From contig JADFXH010000010.1 of NCBI GenBank assembly GCA_015233675.1, positions 7,284 to 71,283 on the forward strand: a DNA stretch of 64,000 bases. Reading direction: 5' to 3'. Each line of letters opens with the position of its first letter. Position 1 is the first letter of the stretch. This DNA comes from Candidatus Omnitrophota bacterium. Lineage in GTDB: Bacteria; Omnitrophota; Gorgyraeia; Zapsychrales; Fredricksoniimonadaceae. Of the stretch, positions 1-8,397 are shown in pieces. Under the pieces are notes generated by a model, which was given only the letters and a program-made list of their open reading frames with translations, was not told the DNA's origin and searched no databases. The position numbers and the translations under genes were made by a program.

Positions 1-16
1 ATGAACGACGGACAGA

Positions 17-208
17 ATGGCGCTTCATTTACTGCGCCAGGAGCCGGCCATGCTCTCTGTCGAAGAATGTAAGAAATATTTACCAAATTTGAATGACATT
101 GAAATAACCGAAATACGAGACTCCCTTTATCAAATGGCACATATCCTTATTGACGATTATCTTGATAAAATACGACAAAATGACAACCCAAAAACAAATA
201 GAAGCTAA
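17..208 (+). CDS. hypothetical small protein (63 aa)
   Basis: ORF only. It overlaps the next ORF and has no recognisable motif. Confidence 0.3.
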   Translation: MALHLLRQEPAMLSVEECKKYLPNLNDIEITEIRDSLYQMAHILIDDYLDKIRQNDNPKTNRS

Positions 209-704
209 TCAAAATAATGCCTTGTTAGGTGGAGTTAAAACAGAAGAAGGCAAAAACACAAGCCGCCTAAATGCAAGAAAACATGGATTCTTTAGCAAAA
301 TATTAACCGCCGAAGACAAAGAGTTAAATCAAGACTTTTGCGATGATATTTATGCTGTATTTGATCCATCAAATGTGTATGAGGAACAGTTGCTTGAAAT
401 TATGCTTTCTAACCTTCTGGTTTATCGGAGAATCAGCATAGTGGAAAGCGAATTGCTTTCACGCGCATTAAATAAAAACGCTACCAGCATTGGTTTAGAG
501 AGTTCCCCATACGATTTGAAATTAGAAAATAATGTTGGCGATGAAATTCTCAAATTTCAACGTTATAAAGTAGCGTCTTTGAATGCGATTCTAAAAATAC
601 AATTAAACCTTGAAAGGCTTACTCGAATGCGCAAGGGAGAATCAATACCACCTCCCCAGGTCGCGGACGTTAATGTGTCCAGCGCCAATTTGGGTTCGTT
701 TTGA
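150..704 (+). CDS. hypothetical protein; the real start is probably M11 (nt 180, MTTQKQIEANQ...)
   Basis: ORF ends 4 nt before the recombinase start, so it looks operonic. No motif was recognised. Confidence 0.45.
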   Translation: MTIILIKYDKMTTQKQIEANQNNALLGGVKTEEGKNTSRLNARKHGFFSKILTAEDKELNQDFCDDIYAVFDPSNVYEEQLLEIMLSNLLVYRRISIVESELLSRALNKNATSIGLESSPYDLKLENNVGDEILKFQRYKVASLNAILKIQLNLERLTRMRKGESIPPPQVADVNVSSANLGSF

Positions 705-707
705 AAT

Positions 708-2210
708 ATGAAAGCCATTATCTATTGTAGGGTTTCAACAAAAGATCAAGCCGACATGGGATATTCTTTACCAGCCCAGGAATCAGCTTGTCGAGAGTAT
801 GCCCTCCGAAAAGGATATGAGGTTGTAGAAGTATTCAAAGAAAGAGGGGAAAGTGCCAAAACCGCAGACAGAACAGAATTAAAGAAAATACTCCATTTCT
901 GCACAAAAAATCATGCCATTATTGATGCTCTTCTTTTTTACAAACTTGATCGTCTATCCCGAAATATCGGAGATTATTATGACCTCGTTCGCTTTTTTAA
1001 TAAGTTAAAGATTGAAATTATTTCTATAACAGAAGACCTTGATAATACCCCTACTGGGAAATTCATGAAAACTGTGATCACAGCTTCGGGACAATGGGAC
1101 AATGATATAAAGAGTGAGCGGACAAAGAATGGTATGCAACAAGCTATAAAATCTGGTCGTTGGTGCTGGCGTGCGCCTATTGGATATAAACAAAGCCGTG
1201 ATACTTTTGGAAAAACTCTACTCATACCATCAGAAGAGAGTGTATTTATAACAAAAGCATTTGAATTGATCGAAACTGGTCTCTACAAACAATCAGATGT
1301 TATAAAAGAATTTAGAAAGAACGGTTTTAAAAGAATTAACGAAAAAAGACTCAATGATGTATTAAGAAATCCTATTTATGCTGGAATTATACAACATAGT
1401 TGGCTATCCGAACCTATAGATGGCATCCATAGACCGCTAATTAGCAAAGAAAGTTTTTACAAAGTTCAACTCCTTTTGGATGGCAAACGCCCCAAAATAA
1501 CTTCGTATTATAGAAACCATCCGGATTTTCCTTTACGGAGGTTTGTGAGTTGCCCTAAATGTGGCAATAAATTGACTGGGGGCTGGTCTACGGGCCGTAA
1601 AGAAGTTAAATATGGTTTCTACCGTTGTTATACAAAAGGTTGCTCTCTAAGCGTCACTAAACGCGAATTAGAGCATCGATTTCAAGAACATTTGGAATTC
1701 TATCGTCCTGATAATGCCACATTAAACCTTTTTGAAGCCATACTCCTTGATGTTTGGAGAAAAAAGCAATCCGACCAAATTGAAATTCAGACTAAAGTTG
1801 AACACAGCATAAAGACTCTATACGTTAAAAAAGACCGCCTTGATGAATTAGTCATCAAAGGAACGATGGATGATACGACCTATAAACTGAGGGTTAAGGA
1901 ATTACAAGACGAGGTTTCAGCTAAACAAATTGAACTCAGTGAATTAAAGACAGGATCAGAAACTGATTTAGAAGATTGTCTAAAATACTGCAAATTCTTC
2001 GTGACCAACTTCGCTCCCCATTGGGCCGCCGGCAATATTGACCTTAAACAGCGGTTCCAACGTTTAATCTTCCCAGATAAAATCTATTATGAGAACGGAA
2101 CTTTTAGAACCACCGTAACCAATTTAGTTTTCAAGAGGTTACAGGGAAAAAGTCCCGACTTATCCGATTTGGTAGCCCTCAGCCGCATGCCAAAGGGCAG
2201 TTATCTCTGA
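708..2210 (+). CDS. large serine recombinase (resolvase/invertase N-terminal domain + recombinase domain + zinc ribbon)
   Basis: N-terminus MKAIIYCRVSTKDQ carries the catalytic Ser. Also present: LLFYKLDRLSRN, the Cys cluster CPKCGNKLTG...YRCYTKGC, and a C-terminal coiled-coil region. Confidence 0.9.
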   Translation: MKAIIYCRVSTKDQADMGYSLPAQESACREYALRKGYEVVEVFKERGESAKTADRTELKKILHFCTKNHAIIDALLFYKLDRLSRNIGDYYDLVRFFNKLKIEIISITEDLDNTPTGKFMKTVITASGQWDNDIKSERTKNGMQQAIKSGRWCWRAPIGYKQSRDTFGKTLLIPSEESVFITKAFELIETGLYKQSDVIKEFRKNGFKRINEKRLNDVLRNPIYAGIIQHSWLSEPIDGIHRPLISKESFYKVQLLLDGKRPKITSYYRNHPDFPLRRFVSCPKCGNKLTGGWSTGRKEVKYGFYRCYTKGCSLSVTKRELEHRFQEHLEFYRPDNATLNLFEAILLDVWRKKQSDQIEIQTKVEHSIKTLYVKKDRLDELVIKGTMDDTTYKLRVKELQDEVSAKQIELSELKTGSETDLEDCLKYCKFFVTNFAPHWAAGNIDLKQRFQRLIFPDKIYYENGTFRTTVTNLVFKRLQGKSPDLSDLVALSRMPKGSYL

Positions 2211-2346
2211 ATTGCTCAAGCGCATTATAGCTGCTTTATCATGCAAGACCAACGGATTTTAGCGTTCAGAGATAGAATTCCGGGGGTGATTTTTGAAATG
2301 GTGAGCAACTGTTATTGAGAAAAACGACTAAAAATGGCTAAAATTA

Positions 2347-2443
2347 TGTCCATTTTGTCCGGTCATTTTTGGCTAAAAAATACGTAACTCTTTGAGGGAT
2401 TAAGAGATATCAATGGCCCCCTCTCTTTGTCCGGACATGGACA
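2347..2443. repeat. imperfect palindrome, candidate recombination (att-like) site
   Basis: Arms TGTCCATTTTGTCCGG (2347-2362) and CCGGACATGGACA (2431-2443) flank a core GCTAAAAAATACGTAACTCTTTGA (about 2372-2395). A related string, GCTAAAAACAGATGCCCTAACTCTTTAA, occurs at 24257-24284. Confidence 0.35.
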
Positions 2444-2460
2444 ATATTTCGATTTCATCC

Positions 2461-2871
2461 TCAAATATAATATTTGGAAATGCGTCCCTTCCCCTTGTTA
2501 GCGTATCTGCCGGAATCCGTATCTTCATCCGCTTTATATGGTATCTTCCGTGTTATTCCCAATTGACGAAGCTCTTGGCGAATTCGCATGACATCTTCTT
2601 CATCCGTCCAATCATAGGTATAAACGCAGATGACTTTAACATTTGAATTTGTTGTGTTGGGATTTACCTTAGCTGTGGCTACCTTTGATTCTTCCCCTAG
2701 TTTTCCTGCTTCAGTCGCCAATTTAATCTTGGACCATGCATTATCGATCCGTTCAATGGGAACAAAAATCAACCACTTACCACCATTTTTAGAATGCGGC
2801 GGATATGTTCCTTGCAGTCGGTTAGCAAAGAGCCAGCATTCACTAGTTTCTTGAGAGGGATTTATTTGCAT
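2461..2871 (-). CDS. DUF1917/Bles03-like small protein (136 aa)
   Basis: The pattern GGKWLIFVP..IDNAWSKIK.ATEAGKLG...KVICVYTYDWTDEEDVMRIRQELRQLGI..KIPYKADEDT matches my memory of this family. The start overlaps the upstream helicase gene by 29 nt. Confidence 0.5.
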   Translation of the reverse strand: MQINPSQETSECWLFANRLQGTYPPHSKNGGKWLIFVPIERIDNAWSKIKLATEAGKLGEESKVATAKVNPNTTNSNVKVICVYTYDWTDEEDVMRIRQELRQLGITRKIPYKADEDTDSGRYANKGKGRISKYYI

Positions 2872-5266
2872 CTATTTCATACCCCAACAATTTATATGTC
2901 TTTAAGCGCCGTTGAAACATCCTTCCTAACACCGACACTTCATGATCTACGTAATCATAAATCTGAACATCCTGCTTATCTTTATGATAGCGATGAAGAC
3001 GTCCAGCATACTGAACGATTTTTCCCTTAAATGAACTGGGCATAGTTAGAAATAAAGTATTCAACCGCGGCTCATCAAAGCCCTCCCCGATATAGGAACC
3101 TGTAGCTAAAATGGCTTTACGGCAATGGTCCGGGCAATCTTTTATTTGTTGGAATGTTTCACGCCTCTGTTTCTGTTTGATGCCTCCATGCAAAACGGCC
3201 AGAAATTCTACCCTTCCTTGCAACAGCTTTGCCAGCATTTCCAAATGCTCACGGCGTTCTGTCAAGATCAAAGGAAATCTACCGGCATCTAAAACATTGA
3301 TGATGTCATCAATGATCAACTGGTTACGTTCATGGCTTTCAACCATTCGACTGGAAAGATCTACTATTTTTGAACCTTCTATCCATGGATAAGAAAAAGT
3401 TGTTGCTCTTGGAATAACTATCGAACTTGAAATATGTGCCGTCATATCCTTTTGTTTAATCCTATGACAAATCGGCCCACACTGCATGTGGATAATAGGC
3501 TGGTGCCCATCCCCACGATAAGGTGTCGCTGTTAATCCCAAAACATATTTTGCTTTAGCCTGAGTTAATACTTTTTCAAATGAGACCGCCCCCACATGAT
3601 GACATTCATCAACAATGACAAAACCATAATTGGCAATGCCATCATAAACACCCTCTGCCATATCTAAGCTCTGCACCATACCAACATCAATAACGCCGGT
3701 TGCCTTATTCTTACCTCCCCCGATTTGACCAATTTCTTTCTTGTTAATACCTAAAAATGATGCCAACTGTAATCGCCACTGATCCATAATGGGTTTACGG
3801 TGGACAAGGACTAAAACATTCGTCTTGCGTTTAGCAATAGCTGCTATCGCTAACACTGTTTTACCTGTTCCGGGTGGGGCTACAAAGACCCCAAAGTCAA
3901 CTTCGAGAACGCCTTCTAGAGCTTCTTCTTGTTCTTCATTAAGAGTACCATCAAAATCAAAATTGGTTTCAAGGCCAGCCACACGTTTGTCTTCTATATT
4001 CAATTTGACATCATATCCTTTAAGCAAAGCCTGCGCATCTTCCAAACAACCACGGGGAAGGGCAAGATAACCGTCAATAATTTCCGCACAACATATAACC
4101 CTTGGGGTGGCATGAGTTGAAAAACGCATCCTTTGTTTTTTATAAAACTCAGGATTCTGAAACGCCGCCAGGTGTTTTAACTGATTATACAAAACCGAAG
4201 GACCTTGTCCGGTCTTAATATAAATACGGTTTGCTAAAACAGCATCTATAGATTGGGGTAAATCTTTAACATCGACCTTAAATCGTTTTTTACCAGAAGG
4301 AAGCCGCATCCACGGTTCATCATCTTCCTGAACAGGACTTGGGCGAGCAGCAATAACTTGTCCTGTTTTGATCGCTTGTTCTGCCTTTTCCTCAACCTCT
4401 TTATAAGACATCTTCTTAACTGATGCTAAAAAATGCCACTGATCTGTATACGGCTTCCCATTTTTATCGATAAAAAGACTGTTGCCATTGGCCCCCGCTT
4501 CTTTTTGAAATGGTAAAGCGATCAAATTTCCAAAACCGCCTTTAGGCAAAGTATCTTGACTGGGGAATAAACGATCATAGCTTTTCATATCCATTTGATA
4601 GCGTTTGGACATGCTTTGTGTAATTAAAAAACTCCCCAGCCGTCTTGCTAAAACGGCGGGTACTTCTTCGCTAAAGAATATCCATACGTGCCCACCATTT
4701 CCTGATCTAGAACGCTCAACAGCTGCTGGCACTCCTTCTTCATGGCAGGTTTGCATAATTGCCTGCACATCGTCCATCCAATGCTCCTTATCAAAATCTA
4801 TAGCCAAAAAATAACAACTTTCATTCTTGAGCATTGGATAAACACCCATGACTTGGATGCCGTTCAAATGCTGCTTGATGGCAGTTTCATCCAAAGGAAG
4901 GAACCCCTGATTAGGACACTCGGAACATTTAATAGCAGGCTTGCGGCATAAAGCCCGATTCCATTCATGTTTACAAACGGGACTATATCCACGCTTACCG
5001 GTTTTATTGTTAATCCAGAGCTTGGAATAAACATCCTCACGGCCACGGAAATAACTTTTAAACAATGCTATTTTCTCATCGGATATATGACCGTTTGATA
5101 AAGAATTGGTCTGGAGTGTGGTGCTTAGCGGAAAAGATTGTAGTTTGACAAGATTTTGAACTTTGAGATTATTCAATAAAACAATTTGTTCATCAATATT
5201 CTTTATTCTTGCCTCAATGGCAGAACGCTCTTGATTGGAATTATTTTGATAATCATTTTCATGCAC
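2843..5266 (-). CDS. archaeo-eukaryotic primase (AEP/PrimPol-like) domain fused to an SF2 (DEAD/DEAH-type) helicase, 807 aa
   Basis: AEP motifs: LAIDFD (DxD) and SGNGGHVWIFF (sGxGxH). A Cys cluster, CKHEWNRALCRKPAIKCSECP, is also present. Helicase motifs: PPGTGKT, VIVDECHH, LTATP, QYAGRLHR. Confidence 0.85.
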   Translation of the reverse strand: MHENDYQNNSNQERSAIEARIKNIDEQIVLLNNLKVQNLVKLQSFPLSTTLQTNSLSNGHISDEKIALFKSYFRGREDVYSKLWINNKTGKRGYSPVCKHEWNRALCRKPAIKCSECPNQGFLPLDETAIKQHLNGIQVMGVYPMLKNESCYFLAIDFDKEHWMDDVQAIMQTCHEEGVPAAVERSRSGNGGHVWIFFSEEVPAVLARRLGSFLITQSMSKRYQMDMKSYDRLFPSQDTLPKGGFGNLIALPFQKEAGANGNSLFIDKNGKPYTDQWHFLASVKKMSYKEVEEKAEQAIKTGQVIAARPSPVQEDDEPWMRLPSGKKRFKVDVKDLPQSIDAVLANRIYIKTGQGPSVLYNQLKHLAAFQNPEFYKKQRMRFSTHATPRVICCAEIIDGYLALPRGCLEDAQALLKGYDVKLNIEDKRVAGLETNFDFDGTLNEEQEEALEGVLEVDFGVFVAPPGTGKTVLAIAAIAKRKTNVLVLVHRKPIMDQWRLQLASFLGINKKEIGQIGGGKNKATGVIDVGMVQSLDMAEGVYDGIANYGFVIVDECHHVGAVSFEKVLTQAKAKYVLGLTATPYRGDGHQPIIHMQCGPICHRIKQKDMTAHISSSIVIPRATTFSYPWIEGSKIVDLSSRMVESHERNQLIIDDIINVLDAGRFPLILTERREHLEMLAKLLQGRVEFLAVLHGGIKQKQRRETFQQIKDCPDHCRKAILATGSYIGEGFDEPRLNTLFLTMPSSFKGKIVQYAGRLHRYHKDKQDVQIYDYVDHEVSVLGRMFQRRLKTYKLLGYEIDANKSLSRN

Positions 5267-5321
5267 AATGTTGATCCTCTGGAGTTGATTTCTCCGGAAT
5301 ATCCCAAAACACTCAAAACAT

Positions 5322-5349
5322 TTGACAATGCCACGGTAGGATGTATACT
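5322..5349 (+). promoter_or_regulatory. near-consensus sigma70-type promoter for the candidate sRNA
   Basis: TTGACA (5322-5327), a 16-nt spacer, then TATACT (5344-5349). Confidence 0.45.
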
Positions 5350-5355
5350 CTAATT

Positions 5356-5422
5356 AGATTTAAGGGACTGGGGTTTCCCGGTCGGCAAACGGCTCTGGTG
5401 CAAATCGGAGCCGTTTGTTTTT
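5356..5422 (+). ncRNA. candidate sRNA of about 65 nt (two hairpins, intrinsic terminator)
   Basis: Hairpin 1 is GACUGGG-GUUU-CCCGGUC (5366-5383). Hairpin 2 is CAAACGGCUCUGG / UCGGAGCCGUUUG (5386-5417), followed by TTTTT. The G-U wobbles pair only in the plus-strand transcript. Confidence 0.4.
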
Positions 5423-6152
5423 ATGGAAACACTTTAAGTCCATAGACCTGCCCCTTACCACGATAAAACTTCCCTTTTAAAACTTCATACGCCAAATTCT
5501 CAGACTGCGGATTCAAAACGTGCCTTGCTATTGGATAAGCTGCCAGATCGGCTAACTGCATTCCAATAATATTCATATTTTTGGGAACAAATCTTAACCT
5601 AAACTCAATTCTTTTGAAACGCTCTGCAGGTATATAATCCGTCCCTTGGCTGACAGTCCTCAAAAAACAAAGCATCAGTTCGTCATCTTCCCGTTTGCCA
5701 CGGCTTTCTGCAAGGATGTGTACCTTCTTCTGCCCCTTCTCTTCAAGTAACGGCAACAACCGCTCCAAGGTGAACACCAGAGCAAGATCATACGGATTTT
5801 TTGCCTCTACTCCATAACGGTCTTTATGCTCCTGTTTGCGGATCACAGATGCAATCAAAGTATAATCAAAGCCACCCATGATCTTGTTGATCCTGGTATA
5901 GAATTCCTGACGTTTTTTAGCATCTGTTAAGATACGAAAGTCGCCCAAGGTCTTTCTAATCTCCCGCGAATGAAGGATAACCGCCTCGTGCCCAAAAAAG
6001 TCAGTCTTCAACCGGGATACTTCTGGAACAATTTTCTGGTTGTAGATCACATCATCACAAATAAACATAGCCAGCGCGAACAACGGGAAATCCTTGTCCA
6101 CCGCTTCCAATGTATGATCGCCAGATTCATCAAGATAGACCAATAAAGGCAT
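5421..6152 (-). CDS. DUF3800 domain protein
   Basis: N-terminus MPLLVYLDESGD is the characteristic YxDESG start of DUF3800. The size, 243 aa, is also typical. Confidence 0.75.
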   Translation of the reverse strand: MPLLVYLDESGDHTLEAVDKDFPLFALAMFICDDVIYNQKIVPEVSRLKTDFFGHEAVILHSREIRKTLGDFRILTDAKKRQEFYTRINKIMGGFDYTLIASVIRKQEHKDRYGVEAKNPYDLALVFTLERLLPLLEEKGQKKVHILAESRGKREDDELMLCFLRTVSQGTDYIPAERFKRIEFRLRFVPKNMNIIGMQLADLAAYPIARHVLNPQSENLAYEVLKGKFYRGKGQVYGLKVFP

Positions 6153-6571
6153 GCCGTTAATATACCCTTACTCTACTAAAAGTTCCACTTTTTATTATCC
6201 ACTGCAAAAATATTTTATTGGTCATCCTTCTCTGTGTTTCAGGGTTTTTAACTGGTTGTGAGGTCTTTCTGGAGCTTGTTTTTTTAGACATTCTTAACAA
6301 GAATACGCATTTACAACAAGCTGCTGCAGCATCCACTGTGTATTTAAAACCTCCTCGTGTTTTATTTCAGTTGTAGCAGTTGAAATCTTTGAATAAAAGA
6401 ATGCGATTTTTATCTACCTATAAAAACACCTTTTTTAATATTTTTAATTCCTCCGGGTGGACATCACCAATCACTTATAAATCAAGTCCCCAAATCTTTC
6501 TTCTTTTGTGCAAATTCTTCAAAAGCCATCCCAATGATCAAATATACACATAGGGAACTCCTTCCTGGGTT

Positions 6572-7156
6572 TTATTTCCCATACATAGCTTTTAACTGTT
6601 CTATTTTAGGGAATTCAGGATAAAATTCTCCCTGCGGTCCGACATAACCATTTCCCGATTTTTTAATAACAACAGTTGTATAACCGCCATTACTATTAGG
6701 AATATTTACCGGAAACGTATCCTGATTGGCCACAGGAGCAGTCACAACTGGCGCTGGCACAACAACTGCCGGCGGCACAACCGCTTCTGGCTTTGCAACA
6801 ACTTGATAACCATGTGGCGTATAGACATAATAAGTCCCATTATTCAGATAATAGGTCACTCCATTAACAATGACCGGTTGAAAATCTGTTGGAATAGTCG
6901 TGACAACAGCCCCTACAGGCGGATTTACCAAAGCATAATCTCCGTCACCTACATAGGTATAATACAATCCATCATAATAATAGTATTTAACCCCTCCTAC
7001 CCAAACCGTAAAATACCCAGCAGGTAGATGATGAAAATGCCACCCATAATGAGGATGGTCATGCCATCGATAAAAACCATGATCATCGTGATAGTATCCC
7101 GGGCCACCAACACTTAAACCCACAGACCAATCTGCGTATGACAACCCAGGGGACAA
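6572..7156 (-). CDS. secreted Tyr/His/Gly-rich repeat protein (DUF6515-like?); start problematic
   Basis: Repeated YYY.DG.YY...G.Y.VV.PP motifs. The ORF track starts at a TTG. The in-frame upstream sequence encodes a textbook signal peptide, but a TAA lies at codon 3 after a perfect SD+ATG (see findings). Confidence 0.55.
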   Translation of the reverse strand: MSPGLSYADWSVGLSVGGPGYYHDDHGFYRWHDHPHYGWHFHHLPAGYFTVWVGGVKYYYYDGLYYTYVGDGDYALVNPPVGAVVTTIPTDFQPVIVNGVTYYLNNGTYYVYTPHGYQVVAKPEAVVPPAVVVPAPVVTAPVANQDTFPVNIPNSNGGYTTVVIKKSGNGYVGPQGEFYPEFPKIEQLKAMYGK

Positions 7157-7231
7157 AACAAATGTTAACGCTAAAATACTGAAAAATATTTTTGTTATTT
7201 CAATTTTTTAAAACATATACAAACTCCTTTC

Positions 7232-7894
7232 TTATTTCTGCAATAGATCCCGAATTTTATCTTTGGATTTTTCAATAATATCTTTGATTTTCTTTAATGG
7301 TTGATTCGTAATCTTGGAAATTTCTGAAAGATCATATCCATCTAAAGCGAAAAGACTAAAAATTTGTCTGTCTTCTTCCGGTAAAAGACTTAGGGCATCC
7401 ATAAGTATTTTATTTTCTTCCTGCTGGGTCAGCTGGCGAAATGATTCCGGAGATTCTTCCCCGGGCAGTAGATCTTCCCACAAAATGTCATCAGCAGGCT
7501 CAATCTGGCTCCACCACCATTGATCGGAATCAAAATCCGGTTCAACCCCTACATCATCCATAGGAACAGGTTTCATGGCGTCTGAAAGACCAAGAAATTT
7601 TCTCTCTTTCTCAACTGCCTGTTTAATAATCTGAAAAAGGATCTGTACCAGCCACTGGTCAAGATTTATAGCTTTTGCCTTTTTGCGGTAATCCCTCCAT
7701 GCTTTTAAAATAGTTTCATTGATTAAATCCTCAATGCTTACAGCCCCCAAACGGATATTTTCTTTAATTTCCAGATTATAAATTTCTCTACTTGCAATCT
7801 TCCGAAGACTGTCCAAATGGGGTTTAAGCAGAAATATAAAAGTCTCCCTTTGTTTATTGTCAACGGCTTGATCCAAATTGCCGGAAATATTCAT
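7232..7894 (-). CDS. sigma-70 family (ECF-like) RNA polymerase sigma factor with a long acidic linker
   Basis: Region 2-like LDQWLVQILFQIIKQAVEKERK. Region 4 HTH LPEEDRQIFSLFALDGYDLSEISKITNQPLKKIKDII. Confidence 0.7.
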   Translation of the reverse strand: MNISGNLDQAVDNKQRETFIFLLKPHLDSLRKIASREIYNLEIKENIRLGAVSIEDLINETILKAWRDYRKKAKAINLDQWLVQILFQIIKQAVEKERKFLGLSDAMKPVPMDDVGVEPDFDSDQWWWSQIEPADDILWEDLLPGEESPESFRQLTQQEENKILMDALSLLPEEDRQIFSLFALDGYDLSEISKITNQPLKKIKDIIEKSKDKIRDLLQK

Positions 7895-7975
7895 CTTACC
7901 CTGCTTATCAGTATCCTTTCGGTCTTGACTTTTGGTATGGCGCTTATTGGTGATATAACGGTCGAGCTGATTAAA

Positions 7976-8278
7976 TTATAACTCAAAACTTTTCTTAAGT
8001 GACGGCAACGGCATATCCCAGGATTGTTCCTGTACGGAAATGATTTCTGAGGGCAGCGTCAAAATGATATGGGTCTGCCATTCATCAGCGCTGTTCAAAT
8101 GATGAGTGTTTAAATATATCGATGGAGATTCATCCAGGGGGTAACGTTTCAGACGGTAAATCAAACGATCTATTTGCCGCTTAGCTTCAGACTGTAGTCC
8201 TTTGCGTAAACTTTCCGGCACCTGGTTTAAATTGACCAACTGTTTTATTTCGGGAGAATTGTTTTTTTTCATAGTCAT
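7976..8278 (-). CDS. hypothetical protein (100 aa); weak resemblance to the HPF/RaiA beta-alpha-beta-beta pattern
   Basis: ORF sits in the operon context. The secondary-structure-like pattern is judged by eye only. Confidence 0.35.
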   Translation of the reverse strand: MTMKKNNSPEIKQLVNLNQVPESLRKGLQSEAKRQIDRLIYRLKRYPLDESPSIYLNTHHLNSADEWQTHIILTLPSEIISVQEQSWDMPLPSLKKSFEL

Positions 8279-8302
8279 TATTTAATTCCCTTATAAATAA
8301 AT

Positions 8303-8385
8303 CCCCCGGCGCGGGCAGTTAAAGCGGCGGGCTGCCGTATAACTTTTGCGCTTTTGAACGCCTGCCTCTGCGCCCGGGGGGCAGG
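8303..8385 (-). other. GC-rich structured intergenic element (complex terminator or leader)
   Basis: Local hairpins: GGCAG/CTGCC (8314-8336) and CCTGCC/GGCAGG (8361-8385). Long-range pairing: CCCCCGGCGC (8303-8312) with GCGCCCGGGGG (8370-8380). The background is AT-rich. On the minus strand a U-rich stretch (AUUUAUUUAU) follows. Confidence 0.4.
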
Positions 8386-8397
8386 AATTCATATTTA

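Noticed and set aside
2168-2178. The 9-mer TGGTAGCCC, shared between the 3' end of the first recombinase gene and the 3' end of tRNA-Glu (24370-24378), considered as a possible att core.
   Set aside because: A 9-mer match is expected by chance roughly once in two in 64 kb counting both strands. There is no extended similarity, so it is not used as boundary evidence.
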